Shown piece after piece: positions 57,661 through 64,000 of a stretch of 64,000 nucleotides of DNA. The notes under the pieces are model-generated. The model was not told the DNA's origin and searched no databases. It saw nothing but the letters and a program-made list of their open reading frames with translations. This DNA comes from an uncultured virus (IMG/VR IMGVR_UViG_3300042691_034547) (lineage: Duplodnaviria; Heunggongvirae; Uroviricota; Caudoviricetes). The stretch's first letter is position 1, and each line of letters opens with the position of its first letter. The DNA lies in IMG/VR virus record IMGVR_UViG_3300042691_034547. One strand, written 5' to 3'. Both the position numbers and the translations under genes were made by a program.

Positions 57661-60600
57661 TCTTTACTCCTTCTCCTTGACCTAGCGCCCCGATTTGGGC
57701 CACTAGCTGGTCCACCTGCAGGGTTAGACCTAGATCCACCTGCTGGTGCTCCTCCAGTAGCTGCTGCTGCAGCTCCTAGAGCGGTTTGAACAGCTTGTCC
57801 TGCGACAACAACTGTTACAACCATTTTCTCTGCCTCTTCACGCTCTTCTTCGCTCATATCGGCTCCCAAACTTGCAAGAGCTAATAAAGCTTCTCCTGGA
57901 TCTGAAAAGATTGCAGAGACTAATTCAGCTGGATTGGCTACTAATTCTAGCGCTGCTGCAACCTCTGCTTCTATAACAACTGCGTTGCCATTCTCATCTG
58001 TGCGAACATCTACAGGAGTTGCAGGTGGAAGATCCTCGTATGTAAGACCAGATTCTTTCATTGCCTCACCTGAAACAACTCCATCTACAGCTGCTTCAAT
58101 AAGTGCCCCAGCAATGACCTCTTTTTCTGCAGAAGTAAGTTTTCCATCTGCTGCTAAAGCGTCAGCAAGATTATTAACTTCTTCGGCAGTAACTTCTCCA
58201 TCTGCACCTAAAGCATCTAAAATATCTTCTGCTTCTTCAGCGGTAATTTTTCCATCACTCGCCGCATCATCAATAGCTTCCGTTACTTCTTCTTCTGTTG
58301 GAGTATCATTATCAGATGGTTCTTCAGAAGGTTCTTCGACAGGTTCAGGCTCGGGCTCGGGCGTTGGTTCAGGCTCGGGCTCAGGTTCTGGTGTTGGCTC
58401 TGGTTCTGGTTCTGGCTCAGGGGTTGGCTCAGGTTCAGGTTCAGGCTCTGGCTCAGGCTCTGGCTGAGGTTCTGGTTCGGGTTCTGGCTGTGGCTCTGGT
58501 TCTGGCTCTGGGTCTGGTGTTGGTTCGGGTTCTGGTTCGGGTTCTGGATCAGGAGTAGGTTCAGGCTGTGGCTCTGGATCAGGAGTAGGTTCAGGATTAG
58601 GAGTAGGTTCAGGTGAAGGTTCGGGTTGTGGCTCTGGTTGTGGCTCTGGCTGCGGTTGTGGTGTTGGTTCTGGCTGCGGTGAAGGAGTTGGCTCAGGTGT
58701 TGGAGGATTTGGATTTGGCGGAGGAGGAGGCGGAGGAGTCTGATTTATAACTTCCGCTTGCACCACAGTCTGAGCAGTTTGAACTGCAGCAATAGCTTGA
58801 ACAGTTTCATTTATTGCAACTTGAGCTGAAGCAATAGCAGTATCCATAGCAGTAACAGCGGTCTGAGCTACTGTCAGGTTTGTCTGAGCATTTGTTAGGT
58901 TTGTCTGCGCTAAAGTCTGATCAGCTGTAAGAGTTTGTAAAGTTTGAGTTTGAGTTGTTAAGTTTTGCTCAGCTGTAGCTAGCGTTTGAAGCTGCTGAGT
59001 TGTAGCAGTAGAAGTTGTAAATTCAGTTCCAGGAATAATTTCCCATCCATTTCCTGTGTATCTCATCAAAGCTACCCAAGCGCCACCACCATTTTCGTAG
59101 TACCACATCTCGAATGTCTTGCTGACACCAGCTGTAGTTGCTACATCTGCTGTAGAACCGCCGCCGCCTTTGTCATACCAGTCATTGATTACAAGCTCTC
59201 CATCTAGGTATAGCTTGACTCCATCATCTCCTGGAGCGTGTAAGTATTGAGTTCCACTTTCTTGTGGAGTCCAATTACCTGTGTACTTGACAATTACATC
59301 TTCTGATCGATTAGAGCCAGCAACATTTCCTCCGCCCCACTGTTCATTAATTCCATTTGTATCAGTGGTGGTATGGATTGGGGTTGCACCTGCTGGAAGA
59401 GTTGGAGCGTTGTTTTGTCCTAAAACATTAAATACTTCTACTTTTAAACCTTGTTGAGTAGCTGAATCAACAACTGCTTGAGCTGCTGCTTCAGTTGCAG
59501 TAGCCTCAGTTACTACTGCTTGCTGAGTTGTAACAGCTGTTGTAGCTGTAGCCAAAACTTGAGTCTTGTCTTCAACAACTGCCTGAGCTGCTGCAACTGT
59601 AGGAGCATTAGCAGCTAAAGATTGAGCTGTTGTCATATCTGTTTGAGCTTGGGTAACTGCTGCTTGAGCTTGAGCAACTTCGGTTGTTGCAGTTGCAACT
59701 GCTTGAGTAACTGCAGTGGTTGGTGTAAGAGTGTTAGCAGTTTCGGTAACTGTTTGAAGAGTGTTTGTAATAGTAGTAACTGCTGCAGCAGAAACTGTTA
59801 CCTGAGCTTCTGCCACTTTTACTTCAGCTTCATCTATTTCTGTTTCTGCATTAGTTACTGCAGTTTGTGCTGTAATAACTGCAGAAGCAGCTGAAGTACT
59901 TGCTGCAACTGCTACACCTTGAGCTGTAGTTTCGTTTGATTGAGCTGTTGAAAGAGCAGTTTGAGCTGTTGTAAGAGTCTCAGTTGCTGCAGTCTGAGTT
60001 GCTTGAAGAGTAGTTAATGTAGCTTGTTCTGTGGCTAAAGTTGTTGCTGCAGCTTGAGCTGCTGCTGTAGCTTGTGGATCTGAGCTTGTTTTTGTAACAA
60101 CAATGTTGTCGACAATATAGTAATCAGAATCTTTTGTAATAGTGACTGTTTGAATGTTTGAACCAGTAACAGTCTCGGTTGATGTATACCCTGTTGACTG
60201 GTTTTCAGTAGAAACATTGTTATTGATTACTTCAGTGTTGGTTGTTCCATCTGCATTTGTTGCAGTCATGTTTGTGTCGCCGTTTTTGGCGTATACACCT
60301 ATTGTTACTGAAGTAACAGTTCCAGAATCGGAAGGATTGACATCTATAACAACATTATTTGTTGGATTAATAATAGTAAGAGCTGAACCCTCGGTTTGTT
60401 GAGTATTCCAGTTTCCACCAATAGACACACCAGTTGACCCAGTTGAGGAAGTAACTGTAGTCCCGCCAGTGGTGATTGTTACAACGCTAGTTGTGTTATT
60501 TGCAAAAGTCTCTGTAACTGTAGTAGTTGTGTTTGATGCAGCTGCTGTAGCTGCAGTTGATGTTGCTGTTTCTTGAGCTGACGCTACTACTACTTCTTGA

Positions 60601-61163
60601 GTCGTTACTGCTGTTGTCGCTGCTGTTGCTGCTGTTTGAGCTTCTGCTACTGCTGTGGTTTGGGTCGCAACTGTGGCGGTTGCTTGGGCCAAAGTTTGAT
60701 TGGCAACTTCCGATGTTGTAACTGCTGTCTGGGCGGTTTGGACTTCTGCACTTGCTGTTTGCGTAGCATTTGAAGCTTCTGTTACTGCAGTCTGTGCATT
60801 AGAAACTGATTCTGTTACTTGAGTAGATGGTTGAGATATTGATGTTGCTACCTCCGTAATCTGAGTTACTTGTGTTTGTAGAGTTGTTACTTCAGATCCC
60901 GCCGCTGCTGCAGCGGTTGCTGCTTCAGTAATTTGCCCTTGCGCTGAGCTACTTGAAGAAGCTTGTGGATCACCTCCCGACGACGCAGTGGATTCTTGTG
61001 TATTGTTGCCAGAATCCCCCTCTCCCTGAGATGGAGCGTCATCGGCTTTCGCCACTGATGGAATAAGTATCCCATAAATTAAACCTATTAATGGTACGAC
61101 AAAGAAGTACATTAGAGCTTTAAGCTTTATGTACTTTTTATAACTAAAACGCATTAAGCGCAT
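57657..61163 (-). CDS. Secreted/surface protein with Ala/Thr/Gln stalk, PA14 domain and Pro-Glu linker
   Basis: Signal peptide ending [25 protein letters not shown]...YYENGGGA (PA14); PE repeats. Confidence 0.8.
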   Translation of the reverse strand: MRLMRFSYKKYIKLKALMYFFVVPLIGLIYGILIPSVAKADDAPSQGEGDSGNNTQESTASSGGDPQASSSSSAQGQITEAATAAAAAGSEVTTLQTQVTQITEVATSISQPSTQVTESVSNAQTAVTEASNATQTASAEVQTAQTAVTTSEVANQTLAQATATVATQTTAVAEAQTAATAATTAVTTQEVVVASAQETATSTAATAAASNTTTTVTETFANNTTSVVTITTGGTTVTSSTGSTGVSIGGNWNTQQTEGSALTIINPTNNVVIDVNPSDSGTVTSVTIGVYAKNGDTNMTATNADGTTNTEVINNNVSTENQSTGYTSTETVTGSNIQTVTITKDSDYYIVDNIVVTKTSSDPQATAAAQAAATTLATEQATLTTLQATQTAATETLTTAQTALSTAQSNETTAQGVAVAASTSAASAVITAQTAVTNAETEIDEAEVKVAEAQVTVSAAAVTTITNTLQTVTETANTLTPTTAVTQAVATATTEVAQAQAAVTQAQTDMTTAQSLAANAPTVAAAQAVVEDKTQVLATATTAVTTQQAVVTEATATEAAAQAVVDSATQQGLKVEVFNVLGQNNAPTLPAGATPIHTTTDTNGINEQWGGGNVAGSNRSEDVIVKYTGNWTPQESGTQYLHAPGDDGVKLYLDGELVINDWYDKGGGGSTADVATTAGVSKTFEMWYYENGGGAWVALMRYTGNGWEIIPGTEFTTSTATTQQLQTLATAEQNLTTQTQTLQTLTADQTLAQTNLTNAQTNLTVAQTAVTAMDTAIASAQVAINETVQAIAAVQTAQTVVQAEVINQTPPPPPPPNPNPPTPEPTPSPQPEPTPQPQPEPQPEPQPEPSPEPTPNPEPTPDPEPQPEPTPDPEPEPEPEPTPDPEPEPEPQPEPEPEPQPEPEPEPEPEPEPTPEPEPEPEPTPEPEPEPEPTPEPEPEPVEEPSEEPSDNDTPTEEEVTEAIDDAASDGKITAEEAEDILDALGADGEVTAEEVNNLADALAADGKLTSAEKEVIAGALIEAAVDGVVSGEAMKESGLTYEDLPPATPVDVRTDENGNAVVIEAEVAAALELVANPAELVSAIFSDPGEALLALASLGADMSEEEREEAEKMVVTVVVAGQAVQTALGAAAAATGGAPAGGSRSNPAGGPASGPNRGARSRRRSKE
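58340..58740 (-). repeat. Coding low-complexity Pro-Glu / Pro-Thr repeat
   Basis: Degenerate 6-nt units such as GGCTCA/GGTTCT encoding PEPEPTPEP. Confidence 0.85.
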
Positions 61164-61225
61164 TTAAAGTCAGTTCTCCCGTGTCCAAGGAGCGTAAGTT
61201 AAACAACTTACCTGATAATATTATC

Positions 61226-61891
61226 TTATATAGAAACTTTCCTTAAATATAAATGTCGTACAGTTGACTTATACCATTTGCTTTTACCTGTTGCAGTTGG
61301 AATTGATTCAAAATTAAGTTTGTCAGCAATTTCTTGAAAGCTTAAGCCAGCTTCACGCTCTAAAACAATTCGATCTCTAATTTCTTTTTCAACTAATGGA
61401 AGTGGTCCAAGGTCAACTCCCCAAACTTTTCCGTTTTGTCTTCTATCTTCGTGAACATCTTTTTGACGCTCGGAAATCATTCCTCGTTCCATCTCTGCCA
61501 TAGCAGACATAATTGTTACAACAAAGCGCCCTTGATAACTTGCAGTGTCAAGACCAAGATCAAGCAAAGCTAAACGCCAACCATATTTATGAGATCTATC
61601 TACAATACTGAGAAAATCTCTAGTAGATCTAGCAAGTCGATCTAGACGAGTTACAAAAAGTGCTTTGGCTTTTCCACTATCTAAATCTTCTAAAGCGTTT
61701 CTTAAAACTGGACGACCTTGAATACTCTTGCCTGATCTGCCCTCTTCACGAAGAATTACAGCCTTATAGCCAGCAGCCTCTGCTGCAGCAATTAACTGCT
61801 TTTCCTGTGCGCCAAGGCTCATGCCATCTTCTACCTGCATTTGAGTAGAAACGCGGGCATAGCAGTATGCAATCTCTTGATCAATTGTCAT
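61226..61891 (-). CDS. Small serine recombinase (resolvase/invertase family)
   Basis: YARVST-x-x-Q, SG-x4-RP and RLDRLAR motifs; short C-terminal HTH; 221 aa. Confidence 0.9.
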   Translation of the reverse strand: MTIDQEIAYCYARVSTQMQVEDGMSLGAQEKQLIAAAEAAGYKAVILREEGRSGKSIQGRPVLRNALEDLDSGKAKALFVTRLDRLARSTRDFLSIVDRSHKYGWRLALLDLGLDTASYQGRFVVTIMSAMAEMERGMISERQKDVHEDRRQNGKVWGVDLGPLPLVEKEIRDRIVLEREAGLSFQEIADKLNFESIPTATGKSKWYKSTVRHLYLRKVSI

Positions 61892-62063
61892 GTGAATTTA
61901 AATAAGCTTTATGAATATACTCGTTTGGGCATTTTGTAATAGATGGGTCATATCTGTTTCCACAGTCTCCGCATTCCCACGAAAGACTATAGACAGCATC
62001 ATAATATCCATTGTTATACCCAGAATCGTATGTATCTAGCTTTTCCTTTTTTCTCTTTGTCAT
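61881..62063 (-). CDS. Small Zn-ribbon-like protein
   Basis: WECGDCGNRY...CPN; coupled to the thyX stop. Confidence 0.6.
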   Translation of the reverse strand: MTKRKKEKLDTYDSGYNNGYYDAVYSLSWECGDCGNRYDPSITKCPNEYIHKAYLNSHDN

Positions 62064-62779
62064 TAGGGAGCTACTCGACCATTTTCTACAAAAGCAGCAT
62101 GGGTAAGTGGCATTATCTCTTTGAAGAACTCTTCGTACTTCTCAGCTACCATTTCTATCTCCCGCTGTGGGAAGGACGGAAATCTCTGCCCTTCCACACT
62201 GCGACGGAGGGATAAAAAATTCATAAGACTACGAGAGTTGATGGTCACATAGGCTGAGGAGTATATGGTCAATGGAAGGACTCCACGAGCGACCTCTCTA
62301 GCAACTCCAAACCTAATCATCTCTTCATAGTTAACATAAGCCTCTTTACAGGTTCTTCTGTAATTACTCATAGTCACAGCAATTTGCTCAGAAGATCCTT
62401 CTTCAAAAACATAAGCACCTGGCTTACCTATTTGCAGAAGCTTTCTTTGATTATCTGGCACATAAAACTCTGGGTCTAAGACTCGATACCTACCAGACTC
62501 TTCGTTGTAGGAAGCAATGCGATGACGCATGTGCTCCCTCCAAACAAAGATAGGAGCCTTTACATAAAAAGTAAAGACTGAGTGTTCAAAGGGTGAGCCA
62601 TGACGATCTCTCATCAGAAAGTTAATCAGACCCCCTGTTTTCTTAGGGTCGGACTGCTCCTGAGCCTTTTCGCCTAAAGTGCTGACTCTGGCAGCAAAAG
62701 CAACATCTTGGTCAGATGCGCTGTGCTTGACCAGCTCTACAACAACATCAGAACGAAACTTAAGATCGTCTGGGTACAC
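62063..62779 (-). CDS. thyX: Flavin-dependent thymidylate synthase
   Basis: HGSPFEH and RHRIASYNEESGRY signature; AREVARGVLP. Confidence 0.95.
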   Translation of the reverse strand: MYPDDLKFRSDVVVELVKHSASDQDVAFAARVSTLGEKAQEQSDPKKTGGLINFLMRDRHGSPFEHSVFTFYVKAPIFVWREHMRHRIASYNEESGRYRVLDPEFYVPDNQRKLLQIGKPGAYVFEEGSSEQIAVTMSNYRRTCKEAYVNYEEMIRFGVAREVARGVLPLTIYSSAYVTINSRSLMNFLSLRRSVEGQRFPSFPQREIEMVAEKYEEFFKEIMPLTHAAFVENGRVAP

Positions 62780-62781
62780 TT

Positions 62782-62991
62782 TTACTTATCTCCTTTGAAT
62801 ACTTTGAAGTTGGGGGTTTTTGGGACTAGCTTGTCTATCTTCTTCTTTTTGAAGACATTGACAAAAGCAGTCAGAATTGCCCATACCAATACAAAGCCAA
62901 TAAAGGCTACGATCAGCACAAGAACCCAACCAACCATAAATAAACTGAGTTGCCACGCTATTTCAAACGGGCGTTGCCAGTCTAGATCCAT
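62782..62991 (-). CDS. Small membrane protein
   Basis: Long hydrophobic segment followed by KKKK. Confidence 0.65.
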   Translation of the reverse strand: MDLDWQRPFEIAWQLSLFMVGWVLVLIVAFIGFVLVWAILTAFVNVFKKKKIDKLVPKTPNFKVFKGDK

Positions 62992-63006
62992 CTTTTCCTC
63001 CTTACC

Positions 63007-63726
63007 TTATTTGTAGGTCTTTTTAGACCAGTGGTTTTTTACATAGTTGTTCACTATGGTGGCAGCAAAGTTTTTATCTCTTTCAACCTCTAACTTTTCT
63101 TTTGTGTAGAAGTCGAACTCTGACTGCCAATTTTCTCTTTTAAAAGGGATTACTTGAAGCATAGGAGTTCCCTTTTCTACTACTCCCTCAAAATCCTTCT
63201 TAACCCAGACTGGTGGGATTATTTCTATGCTTGGACTGTCAGAGTCCAAAACTGCTGGAATTGCATGAAAAGGACTATCTTTATACCCAAAAGGCTGAGT
63301 AAACAAAACCGAGTAACCTTTAGGAGTTCTAGGAATCCAAGGATTGATGTATTTAAAAACTGAGTTGTTATAACCTGCTGGAGCTTCAACAAATCTAGAA
63401 CTAGATCCATGAGCCTCAAAAACTGGATAAGAAACACGCCATGTTATTTCTGGAAGACCGTTTACCTGTCTAACCAAAACATCTGACCACAAAGGTATGA
63501 TATATCCAGAGGTAAGGGCATCAAGCATGGGAGTGCACTTTTTAAATGTGGCATTCGAGTTATGGTTTCTTATGATGAGCTTTTTACCTTCTGGATTATC
63601 ATAGTCAACATCATAGGGAGTCATACTTCTCCACCACTCTGGCAAAGCTTGAGCAGCAGGGAAAGGTCTAGGAGCAACTTCAAATAAATGCTCGGACTGA
63701 GCACTAAAGGTTATCTTGTTTGTCAT
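63007..63726 (-). CDS. Conserved phage protein, possibly dUTPase-like beta fold (paralog of 25995..26699)
   Basis: FKKCTPMLDALTSGY, RTPKGYS and GTPMLQVIPFKR motifs. Confidence 0.6.
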   Translation of the reverse strand: MTNKITFSAQSEHLFEVAPRPFPAAQALPEWWRSMTPYDVDYDNPEGKKLIIRNHNSNATFKKCTPMLDALTSGYIIPLWSDVLVRQVNGLPEITWRVSYPVFEAHGSSSRFVEAPAGYNNSVFKYINPWIPRTPKGYSVLFTQPFGYKDSPFHAIPAVLDSDSPSIEIIPPVWVKKDFEGVVEKGTPMLQVIPFKRENWQSEFDFYTKEKLEVERDKNFAATIVNNYVKNHWSKKTYK

Positions 63727-63779
63727 TTCATCACTCCTACGCTCGATTTAGATAACTATATCGTAATAACTTAGACTTA

Positions 63780-63808
63780 AGTATGTACGCATTTTAGGGG
63801 TATGTCAA
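63780..63808 (-). promoter_or_regulatory. Putative promoter TTGACA-N17-CATACT
   Basis: TTGACA at 63803-63808 on the minus strand. Confidence 0.4.
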
Positions 63809-63860
63809 GGACATTTATAAGCTTCATATTGAACGATTTTGATTAATTTGACCGTACAAC

Positions 63861-63968
63861 CTACCCACCAATCCTTTTTAAGCAATCTGGATTGCATTTA
63901 CCACAAGGGCAGGTTCTAGGCTCATCTGTAGTAAGCCATATAAATAAAGATTTAAGTAGGTTCTTCAT
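63861..63968 (-). CDS. Possible 35-aa Cys-rich peptide
   Basis: Hand-translated MKNLLKSLFIWLTTDEPRTCPCGKCNPDCLKRIGG; ATGA overlap with an upstream partial ORF ending FDPYGPCECPE. Confidence 0.4.
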   Translation of the reverse strand: MKNLLKSLFIWLTTDEPRTCPCGKCNPDCLKRIGG

Positions 63969-64000
63969 TCTGGACACTCGCAAGGTCCGTAAGGGTCAAA

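Noticed and set aside
63972..63977. Additional GGACAC motif
   Set aside because: It lies within the partial ORF entering from the window edge, so it was not counted as intergenic
1..64000. tRNA genes, alternative genetic code, introns or inteins
   Set aside because: No cloverleaf seen by eye in the short intergenic gaps; core genes are full length in code 11 and uninterrupted. A tRNAscan/Infernal run would be needed to be certain

Overview
This is a 64-kb piece of a large, fairly low-GC tailed dsDNA phage of siphovirus type. Two WhiB-family genes and actinophage-style tail and replication genes point to an actinobacterial host; a low-GC freshwater lineage is an inference. Plus strand, 1-26.9 kb: a capsid-type protein, major tail protein, neck proteins, a frameshifted tail chaperone pair, tape measure, Dit, minor tail and fibre; then PolA, RuvC-like nuclease, SNF2 helicase, Cas4-like nuclease, Sak4-like ATPase, SSB, a GT-B protein, two WhiBs and an AhpD-like protein. 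Minus strand, 26.9-52.7 kb: a ~20-kb block of collagen (Gly-Pro-Thr) fibres and giant repeat proteins carrying cupredoxin, fibrinogen-like, ALK/LTK-like glycine-rich and beta-propeller modules. It runs directly into methyltransferase, GT2-TPR glycosyltransferase and flavin-dependent halogenase genes. The right end holds a primase-helicase, large terminase, a secreted PA14 surface protein, a small serine recombinase and ThyX. The best candidate for a new system is a modular collagen fibre coat with its own modification enzymes. I saw no tRNA, CRISPR array or reverse transcriptase. All family assignments come from motif recognition, not database searches.
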